In this document: positions 1 to 8,208 of the stretch, piece by piece | How the letters are laid out: every line of letters starts with the position of its first letter | Position numbering within the stretch: position 1 is the stretch's first letter | Assembly: GCA_965203175.1 (NCBI GenBank) | Contig: OZ241867.1 | Span: forward strand, 576,001-640,000 | Reading direction: 5' to 3' | DNA: 64,000 nt | Origin: Candidatus Latescibacterota bacterium | Lineage (GTDB): Bacteria > Latescibacterota > UBA2968 > UBA8231 | Position numbers and translations under genes: made by a program | The notes under the pieces: model-generated | The model's database searches: none | What the model was told of the DNA's origin: nothing | What the model saw: the letters and a program-made list of their open reading frames with translations, nothing else

Positions 1-885
1 CGGCACGGTCGCCTCGTCGTACCCGCGCACGGGTTCCATGGTCTCGCGGACGCCGCGCACGAGATTGTCAACGCCAGCGCGGAAGGCGTCGGGCGGGGCA
101 AACGCGCCAATGTCCATGACGATGATCAGGCCGCCACTGCCCGCGTTGGACCACCGCTGGGTAACGTCCCGAGCGCGGTCGCTGTTCTGACCGACGAAAG
201 CTCCGCCCAGCGTCAAGGCCGAGCCAGTGTAGCCCATCGATTTGAAGAAAGCCGGCGGAATCAGCTCCTGTAAAGCGTCGTATTCCGGGCCGCGATGATA
301 GTCGGCCAAGATGCAAGTCGCTGCGTCGAGGACCAGCGGCGGCTCTTCTTCTGACGGGAAGCCGAAGGACAGCGGCGGGTTGCCCCAGTAGGCCGACTGC
401 TGGCCCTTGTTGCCGCCCCCCTCGCCGAAGTAATTGGGATGAGACCCCTGAACCGAAAAGGCGCAGCAGCCCTCCTGCATGGCGCGGCGCACGTAGTGCC
501 CGGCCGAACCGTAGTGCCCGAGGTGGCAGGCCGCGCCGAGAGCAACCTTGTACTGCTTGGCCTTCTCAATGGCCTTTTCAGTGGCCAGCATCATCGGCGC
601 GTAGCCCAAGCCACCGTCGCCGTCGATGAGGACCGTGGTCTCGGTATCTTGGAGCACGCGCAGGTCGGGGTTGGGATTGATGGCGCCGTCGCGGAGGCCA
701 CCGCAATAGCCAACCATGGCGCGGGTGCCGTGCGAGCGCACGCCGCGCAGGTCGGAGTTGGACAACAGCTCGGCTAGCTGATCGGCGTGGTCGGCGCGCA
801 GCCCGGCGGCCTTGAGGCAGTCGGCGGTAAAGGAGCGCAGGAGGGCGACGGGTACGCGTTTGAATTCTGCGGGAGGGCGGTTCAT
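1..885 (-). CDS. Ldh_2 family (malate/L-lactate/sulfolactate-type) oxidoreductase, runs off the left edge
   Basis: Absent from the ORF track; manual translation from ATG at 885 gives MNRPPAEFKRVPVALLRSF...SDLRGVRSHG...IDGDGGLG...HLGHYGSAGHY, the Ldh_2 motifs DLRGxxSHG, DGxxGxG and HxG. Confidence 0.85.
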   Translation of the reverse strand, partial: MNRPPAEFKRVPVALLRSFTADCLKAAGLRADHADQLAELLSNSDLRGVRSHGTRAMVGYCGGLRDGAINPNPDLRVLQDTETTVLIDGDGGLGYAPMMLATEKAIEKAKQYKVALGAACHLGHYGSAGHYVRRAMQEGCCAFSVQGSHPNYFGEGGGNKGQQSAYWGNPPLSFGFPSEEEPPLVLDAATCILADYHRGPEYDALQELIPPAFFKSMGYTGSALTLGGAFVGQNSDRARDVTQRWSNAGSGGLIIVMDIGAFAPPDAFRAGVDNLVRGVRETMEPVRGYDEATVP

Positions 886-922
886 AGAGAGTCCTTGGGG
901 TTAAAATTTGCTTGCACGGCCT

Positions 923-2038
923 TCAGACGAGGGCCTCGCGGAGAAAGTCGTATGCGCGGGCACCGCTGATCTGGTGGCGGCCCGAAAAAATGTCGGCTTC
1001 CACTCGGTGGCGAGCTGAGAAAACATCGTATACCCGGCGCGTTTTGGTCAGGCTAGAGCGCACGGCAGCAATCGGGAAAATGGGGTCGTGGGTGCCAGCT
1101 TCCACCAACAATGGGCGCGGGGCGATGAGCCCGACCAGATCGTACATCTCACCGAATTCGGCCAAGCCCGGCACGTAGTTGCAGGGGCAGTGCGACATGG
1201 CGAGGATGCTGTGCTGGAAAGTCGAGTAATAGCCGCTGATCACGCAGGCGCGGATGCGCTCGTCCATGCAGGAGGAGAAGAAGGTGTGCATGCCGCCGCC
1301 CGAAATGCCCATGGCACCGAGGCGGCTGGTATCGAACTCGGGGCGGGTTTCCAAGTAATCGACCAAGCGCAGCCCATCGCGCACGCGGATGCCCACCACT
1401 GAGGTGCCCAAGTGGAAGGCCAGCATGGCCATATGGGTGCAAGTCGAAGGCACTCCTTGGCCGCGTTCCAGATAGGAGAAATCGGTCTGGCGCTCGCCAA
1501 AACCCGAAATTTCTGGGGCGGCCACGGCAAAGCCAGCGCGGCACAGGGCCACGCCGAAGTCCTTGTGGTACCCGTCGGGCTCGTCGCGCTCGCCGCCGTC
1601 TTCCCACAAACCAACGATGTCCTTGACGCCGTATCCGTGGCCGTGGAAAGCCACGACTGTGGGCAGGGGACCGTCGGCACCTTTGGGCAGCAGGATATAC
1701 ACCGGCATCTGCGCGTGGGGGCCGGTGCGCAGGATTATTTTTTGCCGCGTGTAATCGCCTTTGTCGATTTCTTCTACTTTGCGCGGTGCCAAGTCCATCT
1801 CGTCGCCAGCTTCTGAACCCAGATGCTTGGCAAGGGCGCGTCGCGTCGTCTTCTGCCAGCGGCGCGCTTGGGCCGGGTTTTCGGCCTTAAAGGCGCGGGG
1901 CACTGCCGCCGGGTCGTACTGTTTCCACAGCGAGGTCGCCGGTTGCAGTCGCTTTAGGGTGCGATTGTCGAGTATTTTGGAGGCCATAACGGATCCTAAG
2001 GGTGAAGCGACCGGGTGGCGTTCGGTCGCTAATTTCAT
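923..2038 (-). CDS. Alpha/beta hydrolase (dienelactone hydrolase/acetyl esterase-like)
   Basis: HGHG, nucleophile elbow GISGGG, Asp in HDPIF, His in GRHQ; ATGA overlap with the moeA stop. Confidence 0.8.
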   Translation of the reverse strand: MKLATERHPVASPLGSVMASKILDNRTLKRLQPATSLWKQYDPAAVPRAFKAENPAQARRWQKTTRRALAKHLGSEAGDEMDLAPRKVEEIDKGDYTRQKIILRTGPHAQMPVYILLPKGADGPLPTVVAFHGHGYGVKDIVGLWEDGGERDEPDGYHKDFGVALCRAGFAVAAPEISGFGERQTDFSYLERGQGVPSTCTHMAMLAFHLGTSVVGIRVRDGLRLVDYLETRPEFDTSRLGAMGISGGGMHTFFSSCMDERIRACVISGYYSTFQHSILAMSHCPCNYVPGLAEFGEMYDLVGLIAPRPLLVEAGTHDPIFPIAAVRSSLTKTRRVYDVFSARHRVEADIFSGRHQISGARAYDFLREALV

Positions 2039-3285
2039 CCACTCTCACCACTCATCACTAACTCCCCAACGACTTGCACCAGTACTTCGTCGCCGATCTC
2101 GGCGAGCTGGCGAGGTTCTAAGACGACGAAACTGTTGGCGTTGAGCATAGAGCTGATTATGTGCGAGCCTTGGCTGCGGGCGGGGCGCACCCAGAACTGG
2201 CCATCTTGGTAGCGCAAGGTGGCGCGCATGTACTGGCGGCGGTCGCCATCGTTGTCGCAGGGGCTTTCTACCCGGGCGTGCGCCTCGGGCAAAAACCACG
2301 CCGATTGCGGATAGCCTGCGGCCTTGCGGATGGCCGGGCGCACGAACTGGAGAAAGGACATCATGCTCGATACCGGGTTGCCGGGCAGACCGAAGTACGG
2401 CACGCCGCCGACCGTGCAAAAGACCAGCGGCTTGCCTGGTTTCATGGCTACGCGCCAGAAAATTGTCTCGGCTCCCAAGTCGTCGAGGACCTTTTTGACG
2501 AAATCGTACTCGCCGACTGAGACGCCACCTGAGGAGACGGCAAAGTCAGCGCGGAGCGCGGCCTCAATGGTGGCGCGGATTGCGGCCTCGTCGTCCGCTA
2601 CTGTAGGCAGCATCACTGGCTCGGCTCCATGGGCATGGCAAAAGGCGGCTAGGGCGCACGTATTGCTGTTGACAATCTGGCCTTCTCCAGGCGTCTCCTC
2701 AATCTCGACCAGCTCGTCGCCAGTGGAGAGGATGGCGACGCGCGGCCGGCGGTACACCGAGACGAAGCTCTGCTGCACGGCGGCGAGCACGGCCAGTTCG
2801 CCCGGACCGCACTCGGTGCCAGCTTTGATAATCGGTTCGCCGCAGCGCATGTCCTCACCGCGCCGACGAATGTGCGCGCCGCACTCTTCAATGGCGAGGA
2901 TCTCGACCTCTTGCTCAGCGGGGCGGGTGTCCTCTACCGGGGCGATGGTGTCGGCTCCGGCGGGCACGGCCGCACCCGTCATAATGCGGCTGGCTTGACC
3001 GGGGCCAACTGCTTTTTGCGGCACTTTGCCAGCCGGGATGTCTTCAATGACCTCCAAAGCTACGGCCGCGTCCTCCCTCGCGGCGGCTACGTCTGCATGG
3101 CGCACGGCATAGCCGTCCATGGCCGAGTTGTCGCAGGGCGGATTGTCGCGGCGCGCCAACACGTCTTGGGCGAGCACGCGGCCAGCGGCGTCGAGCAGCG
3201 AGACGCGCTCAGGGCCGAGGACTTGTGCGTAGTCGAGGACGATGGCGCGGGCCTCTTCCGGGGTGAGCATCGGGTCGAAGGGCAT
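2035..3285 (-). CDS. moeA: Molybdopterin molybdotransferase
   Basis: NSAMDGYAV, IMTGA, STGDEL, SSGGVSVG.YD, MKPGKP and GLPGNPVS motifs. Confidence 0.95.
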   Translation of the reverse strand: MPFDPMLTPEEARAIVLDYAQVLGPERVSLLDAAGRVLAQDVLARRDNPPCDNSAMDGYAVRHADVAAAREDAAVALEVIEDIPAGKVPQKAVGPGQASRIMTGAAVPAGADTIAPVEDTRPAEQEVEILAIEECGAHIRRRGEDMRCGEPIIKAGTECGPGELAVLAAVQQSFVSVYRRPRVAILSTGDELVEIEETPGEGQIVNSNTCALAAFCHAHGAEPVMLPTVADDEAAIRATIEAALRADFAVSSGGVSVGEYDFVKKVLDDLGAETIFWRVAMKPGKPLVFCTVGGVPYFGLPGNPVSSMMSFLQFVRPAIRKAAGYPQSAWFLPEAHARVESPCDNDGDRRQYMRATLRYQDGQFWVRPARSQGSHIISSMLNANSFVVLEPRQLAEIGDEVLVQVVGELVMSGESG

Positions 3286-3514
3286 ATCGGGTATCTTGAC
3301 TCCTTATTTGTGTAGGCGACAGAAGATACAGCAGAACGACGGTGATACAAATCCCTCGCGGCAGGGTCAACATGGCGCTCAACCAGCAAATGCGGCTAGA
3401 GCGGTAGCGTCGGGCGGGGTCATTCTACGTACATTTGTCGTGCGAGTCGGCGCGGAGTTTGCGCTTGCGGATGAATCGAGCGGAATTGGTGTGTGGAAGG
3501 GCGTGTGACCGTAT

Positions 3515-3981
3515 CTACAATTTGAAGAGCAGCGTCCCCATCATTGACAGCCAAGAGGTAATGACCAAGCCGATAACCAAGTTAAATTTGCCGTTGAACT
3601 CGCGGCGCAATTCGCGTATTTCGACTTCAATCTTGCCTTCGACTTTGCTATCAAGAGCGTCGATCTTGTCTTCGACTTTGTGATCGAGTGCGTCAATCTT
3701 GCCCTCAAATTTGTTATCGAAAGCATTGAACTTGTCTTCAAATTTGCTATCAAGCGCGTCGATCTTGCCTTCAAACTTGCGGTCAAAAGCGTCGATCTTA
3801 GCCTCAAATTTACTATCGAGCGCGTCAATTTAGTCTCAAATTTGCGATCAAAAGCGTCGATCTTAGCCTCGATCTTGGTATGGTTTTCGCGCACATCCGT
3901 CTCGATGAGACTCAGGCGATGGTCGATCTGCTGCAAAACATCGCGCGTGGTGAGCTCGGGAGAGGATTGTGGAGTGGACAT
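3515..3981 (-). pseudogene. Hendecad (KIDALDxKFEx) coiled-coil protein with C-terminal membrane anchor (Bdr/DUF1640/CCDC90-like), one-base frameshift near 3829
   Basis: 467 bp from ATG at 3981 to TAG at 3515; adding one base in the only 32-bp repeat unit restores a 155-aa frame ending FNLVIGLVITSWLSMMGTLLFKL*. Confidence 0.75.
3630..3870. repeat. Imperfect 33-bp tandem repeat, about 7 units
   Basis: Units begin at 3630, 3663, 3696, 3729, 3762, 3795 and 3828 (32 bp); consensus ATCTTGCCTTCAAATTTGCTATCAAGCGCGTCG. Confidence 0.9.
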
Positions 3982-4161
3982 CTAGGCATCCCTTGGTATT
4001 GGGTCAAAGATAATCGGCTACATGGCTTATGCAAAATGCAGGCCAATCGTTTGCACTCTGAACGAGGACGCTTTGCTAGACGACGCGATGTAGTATGGGA
4101 GAAACAGCCGTGTTGCTATTGCGCTACATGGATCGGTAAGGCGGGATTAATGCAGAAGAGA

Positions 4162-4198
4162 GCGTAGAGGCGGCTTGCGCTCCGCACCGCCCCTACGC
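4162..4198. repeat. GTAG-type REP-like palindrome
   Basis: GCGTAGAGGCGG...CCGCCCCTACGC inverted repeat; the minus strand reads GTAGGGGCGG; lies just downstream of the TolB-like gene. Confidence 0.55.
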
Positions 4199-4209
4199 AC
4201 GAGGCGCGA

Positions 4210-5079
4210 TTAATGAGAAATCAGCGACTTGATCCGTCCCCACGACTGGGACTCGACGCTCGTCGCAGTAGCAGAAGGGGAAACCGGTTGCCAAGCGGGC
4301 TGGCGTCCACCTAAACCATTGGTCAATTCGACCAAGTTGCTACCATCTATATCGACAGCCCAAATGAGACCGTTGCGAGAAGAGAAGGCCATTCTCATGC
4401 TGCTGGGAGACCAAGTAGGGTACTCGAACGTTATTAAAAAACCAGATAGCGGCGTACCTTGGTCGGGTAGGTCAGGTAGCGGAATACCCCAAGGCTCGCT
4501 AGGCAAGGGAAAAAACGGGGGACCATCGGCATCGCGGATATAGAGGCGAGCATGGCCCTCTTCGTCCAGCAACACGACGATGGCTTCTTTGGTTCCGTCC
4601 GGCGAACGAGAAGCGGGGAAATGGGGAGCCTCTTTGCCGTCCACGAGTATGGGATCACTTCCATCTAATGCTACCGCGAACGTATCACCCTCCCCCTCCG
4701 GCTCCGAGACAGAATAGAAAATGTTACTCCCATCTTCAGACCACGAAAGAAATATCCAATTCCTTCCCGGAATATCTATCACCTGTTGCGGATTACTGCC
4801 GTCGGCGTCCATCACCCAGATTTCCCTGTTAATTTCACCATTATCTAATGTGTGGGAGATATAGGCGATCTTCGTGCCATCTGGGGACCAAGCCGGACTA
4901 ATGCAAGACCGTCCTTCGGTCAACTTTACGGGGTCGCTCCCATCCCCATTCATAATCCACACGTCCGCGTCCCCCTCGCGGTGGGAGATAAACGCGATTT
5001 TACCGTCGGCTTGCCCCCAGCCAGCGACAGCCAACCCCAGCGTTGCCAAGCAGACGATCAATATCGACCGAAAGTTCAT
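4210..5079 (-). CDS. Secreted TolB-like/PD40 beta-propeller protein
   Basis: Signal peptide; KIAFIS.R.G, PAWSPDGTKIAY and PTWSP repeats; C-terminal TATSVESQSWGRIKSL tail. Confidence 0.85.
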   Translation of the reverse strand: MNFRSILIVCLATLGLAVAGWGQADGKIAFISHREGDADVWIMNGDGSDPVKLTEGRSCISPAWSPDGTKIAYISHTLDNGEINREIWVMDADGSNPQQVIDIPGRNWIFLSWSEDGSNIFYSVSEPEGEGDTFAVALDGSDPILVDGKEAPHFPASRSPDGTKEAIVVLLDEEGHARLYIRDADGPPFFPLPSEPWGIPLPDLPDQGTPLSGFLITFEYPTWSPSSMRMAFSSRNGLIWAVDIDGSNLVELTNGLGGRQPAWQPVSPSATATSVESQSWGRIKSLISH

Positions 5080-5183
5080 AACGCGGCTCCTTTCTTAAGG
5101 CGAATAGAGCAGGGCGTCGTTAGATGTATTATACCACAAATTGTAACCTAGATCACATCGGTTCCTACTATTCCGACGTCGCA

Positions 5184-5996
5184 CTACACAAAATTGACGA
5201 AGTCGTGGCGCACCCACAGCAGGTTGATCAGACCCAACACGAACCCCGCGATTATCAGCCACTTGAGGCGGCGGCCGTGCCGACGGCCAATGCCGCGCAG
5301 ATAGAGATAGATGCCAAAGACGAACCACGTCGGCAGGGCCAGCCAGATTTTGGTATCCCCACCCGCGAGGTATTCGCCCGGCGCGCCAAAGAGCCAAATC
5401 GCGCCCATGCCCAAACCCAAGGTAAAAAACGAAAAACCGCCACCGGCAAAGCGAAAGGTCGCCGCCGCAGCCGTGTCAAGCGCGGGCAGATAGCTGTTGA
5501 GCTGGCCCTTTTTCAGGGCTTGGTGTTGAACGAGGTAGCCGACTGCCGAGCAAAACGCCAGCGCGAAACCTACGTGTCCGAGCAGCGTTAAAACTACGTG
5601 GATGCCGAGGAAGGGATATTCCACGAGGATCGACTCGGCCTCCTCAAAGCGGAGGGGCATCAGCAGCGGATAGAGCAGGCCGAGAAAGGCGAGGGGCGCA
5701 GTCAGCAGGCCGAGGTGGCGAATGCGCGCATAGCGCTCGCCGAGCAGGCCCGCGACTACCAAGGCCATGACCAGCGAGGCGATGATTACCAACATATTGG
5801 CAAAGATGGCTTGGCCGGAAAGCGCAAAGTGCAGCACTATGCTGATCGCGTGTACGGCCAGACCCAACTTCAGGCTCTTGCGCCCCAGCGCATCCCAGCC
5901 GCCCTTGTGCCAGAGGAAGTGCCCTTGAAACAGCAGCGCGGCAGCCAAGTAGAACGCCAAGGCGACGACGAGAGAGACAATGCAGAACGTCGTCAC
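5184..5996 (-). CDS. Cytochrome c assembly family membrane protein (HemX/CcsA-like)
   Basis: About 8 TM helices, IHV..TLLG, YLVQ...LK, LPALD, DTKI; overlaps the hemA stop. Confidence 0.8.
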   Translation of the reverse strand: MTTFCIVSLVVALAFYLAAALLFQGHFLWHKGGWDALGRKSLKLGLAVHAISIVLHFALSGQAIFANMLVIIASLVMALVVAGLLGERYARIRHLGLLTAPLAFLGLLYPLLMPLRFEEAESILVEYPFLGIHVVLTLLGHVGFALAFCSAVGYLVQHQALKKGQLNSYLPALDTAAAATFRFAGGGFSFFTLGLGMGAIWLFGAPGEYLAGGDTKIWLALPTWFVFGIYLYLRGIGRRHGRRLKWLIIAGFVLGLINLLWVRHDFVNFV

Positions 5997-7276
5997 GATC
6001 CTTTCTCCTCAGCCTCGTCGTCGAGTCGGAAGAGTCGGCGCACCGTATCGAGGTGGACGTAACCCTCGTCGTCGTTGGCGAACTCGCGGATCTGCACGAG
6101 TGGATCGTGCAGGAGCTTGTTGGCGTAACCGCGCAAGATGCCCTCGACGAGCTGGCGCTCGTCAATGGAGAGCGGGCCGAGTTGGGAGGCCCAGCGCGCG
6201 AGTTCCTGCTCCTGGAGGTGAGCGGCGCGCGCGCGCAAAGCGCGGATTAACGGGCCAGTGCCCAAGGCGTTGAACCAGTGCAAGAACTCCTTTAGCTCGT
6301 GGTCGATAATGGTTTGCACGCAACGTATCTCCCCTTCGCGCTCTTGGCGGTTGGCAGCAACGACTTGGTCGAGACTGTCCATGTCGAACAGGAAGACGTT
6401 GTCGATGTCGCGCGCGGCTGGGTCGATGTCGCGCGGCACGGCAATGTCGATGAGGAACAGTGGACGTCCTCGGCGTTGCTCCATGGCTCGACGCAAGTCA
6501 GCGGGCCGAATGACGTAGTCCGTGGCCGCAGTCGCCGAGATGACGATGTCAACGACAGCGAGCTGAGCAGCCAGTTCCTCAAAGGGCACAGCCTCGCCGC
6601 CCAACTGGCTAGCCAGCGACTGGGAGCGAGCAAAAGTGCGGCTGCTGACCAACAGCCGCTCGACGCCAGAGTCAACCAAGTACTGGGCAGTGAGCGCACC
6701 CATCTCGCCAGCGCCGACCAAGAGCACGCAGCAGCCCGTCAGGTTTTCAAAGACCTGGCCGGCCAGCTCGACCGCGGCCGTACCAATCGACAGCCGGCCG
6801 CGGCCAATTTCCGTTTCGGCGCGCGCGCGCTTGCCCACGCGCAGCGAGCGCTGAAAGAGCTCGTTGAGCAACAAGCGCGCCGAGCCGTTTTGCTGGGCCA
6901 TTTCCAGTGCGCGGCGCACTTGCCCGAGTATCTCGGACTCGCCGACGACGAGAGAGTCAATGCCGCTAGCGACGCGAAAAAGGTGAACGGCCGCCTCTGA
7001 ATCGTTGAGCTGGTAGAAATGAGATTCGAGCTCCGCGACATCTACGCCTTGACATTCGGCGAGAAAGCGGCGCACTTGGGCCAGCCCCCTGTCGCCATCG
7101 GCAGCCAAGTACAGCTCGGACCGGTTGCAGGTGGAGAGAATGGCCGCCTCGTGCAGCCCGTAGTCGCCGACGAGCCGGGCTAGGGCCGAAGGCTGGTCGC
7201 TTTCGGGGAAGGCTAGCCGCTCGCGGATTTCTACCGGCGCGGTGTGGTGATTGATTCCTAAAGTCAGTATATGCAC
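5993..7276 (-). CDS. hemA: Glutamyl-tRNA reductase
   Basis: GINHHTAPVEIRE, LSTCNRSE, GESEILGQ, GAGEMG, DIAVPRDI. Confidence 0.97.
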   Translation of the reverse strand: MHILTLGINHHTAPVEIRERLAFPESDQPSALARLVGDYGLHEAAILSTCNRSELYLAADGDRGLAQVRRFLAECQGVDVAELESHFYQLNDSEAAVHLFRVASGIDSLVVGESEILGQVRRALEMAQQNGSARLLLNELFQRSLRVGKRARAETEIGRGRLSIGTAAVELAGQVFENLTGCCVLLVGAGEMGALTAQYLVDSGVERLLVSSRTFARSQSLASQLGGEAVPFEELAAQLAVVDIVISATAATDYVIRPADLRRAMEQRRGRPLFLIDIAVPRDIDPAARDIDNVFLFDMDSLDQVVAANRQEREGEIRCVQTIIDHELKEFLHWFNALGTGPLIRALRARAAHLQEQELARWASQLGPLSIDERQLVEGILRGYANKLLHDPLVQIREFANDDEGYVHLDTVRRLFRLDDEAEEKGS

Positions 7277-7338
7277 AGCTTCAAAAGTACTTATTCTACT
7301 GGGAAACCGCGAACCCGATACGGGAAAGGAAGGCGGCC

Positions 7339-8208
7339 ATGGTCAAATACCTGTTGGTCGGCTTGATACTCCTAGGTGCGGCAACCGATGTGGGCGCCGG
7401 AGCCTGGACTTTGCAGAGCGGCCAGTTCTGGGGCAAACTCACGTATTTCCAACAGCACACACAGGAGTGGTACGTCAGCAAGGGGCGTGGTGTACCCGGT
7501 ACCCGCGCTCGCTACGACTTTGATGGGCAATACGAATCGCGGGCCGTCTTTTTCGAGGGCCTGTACGGCATTACCGACCGCCTAGACCTCGGCTTGCAGG
7601 TTCCTTATTTCGACTACTCCTTTGTCGACTCTACGCCCGTCAAACCCCGCACGGATACCGGCCTGAGCGACATCCGCGCCTTGGCCAAATTTCGCCTCTT
7701 GTCCAAACCATTGGTCCTCGCGTTCAAGACCGGCGTCAAGATGCCGACCGGAGAGTTTAAAAACGAAGACGGGCTGATTCCGGTGGGCGAGGGGCAGTGG
7801 GACTTCGACTTCGTCGGGCAGGTAGGGCGTTCCTTTTGGCCGCTGCCCTTGTACGGCAACATCGACCTCGGCTATCGCGTCCGCACCCGCAACGAGCAGA
7901 TCGACCGCGACCCCGGAGACGAGTGGTTCCTCAACGCCGAGCTGGGCTACCAACTCGTGCGTCAACTCATGCTGCTAGGCAAATGCGAAGTGCTACGCAG
8001 CGATCCGGCGATTGACTTCTTCGGCGACTTTGAGATTGAGACTGGAATCAAGCGCATCACTTACCTGACGCCAGCCCTGCTCTACGCCGTCGGCCAGCGC
8101 ACGATTATCGAGGCGGCAATGCGCTTCTCGCTCAACGGGCGCAACTTTCCGGCCGGGCGGCAGTTCGTCTTGGGAGTAGCAACGACGTTGGGAAAAGACG
8201 GGGGCTAG
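7339..8208 (+). CDS. Exported protein, probable outer-membrane beta-barrel (MetA-pathway phenol degradation/transporter-like)
   Basis: Signal peptide ending AGA-W; amphipathic aromatic beta-strands; GLSDI and K.PTG motifs. Confidence 0.55.
   Translation: MVKYLLVGLILLGAATDVGAGAWTLQSGQFWGKLTYFQQHTQEWYVSKGRGVPGTRARYDFDGQYESRAVFFEGLYGITDRLDLGLQVPYFDYSFVDSTPVKPRTDTGLSDIRALAKFRLLSKPLVLAFKTGVKMPTGEFKNEDGLIPVGEGQWDFDFVGQVGRSFWPLPLYGNIDLGYRVRTRNEQIDRDPGDEWFLNAELGYQLVRQLMLLGKCEVLRSDPAIDFFGDFEIETGIKRITYLTPALLYAVGQRTIIEAAMRFSLNGRNFPAGRQFVLGVATTLGKDGG

Noticed and set aside
3286-3514. Moco riboswitch upstream of moeA
   Set aside because: No recognisable conserved structure by eye; would need an Rfam covariance search
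3828-3834. Programmed -1 frameshift in the coiled-coil gene
   Set aside because: No X-XXY-YYZ slippery heptamer or evident stimulator; a simple deletion or sequencing error is more likely
3630-3870. 33-bp periodic repeats (also 40625-40822) as CRISPR arrays
   Set aside because: Contiguous units with no spacers, in-frame in coding sequence, and no cas genes
5184-5996. Bona fide CcsA heme lyase serving the neighbouring heme proteins
   Set aside because: Lacks the WxWD motif; position after hemA fits the common HemX-like arrangement
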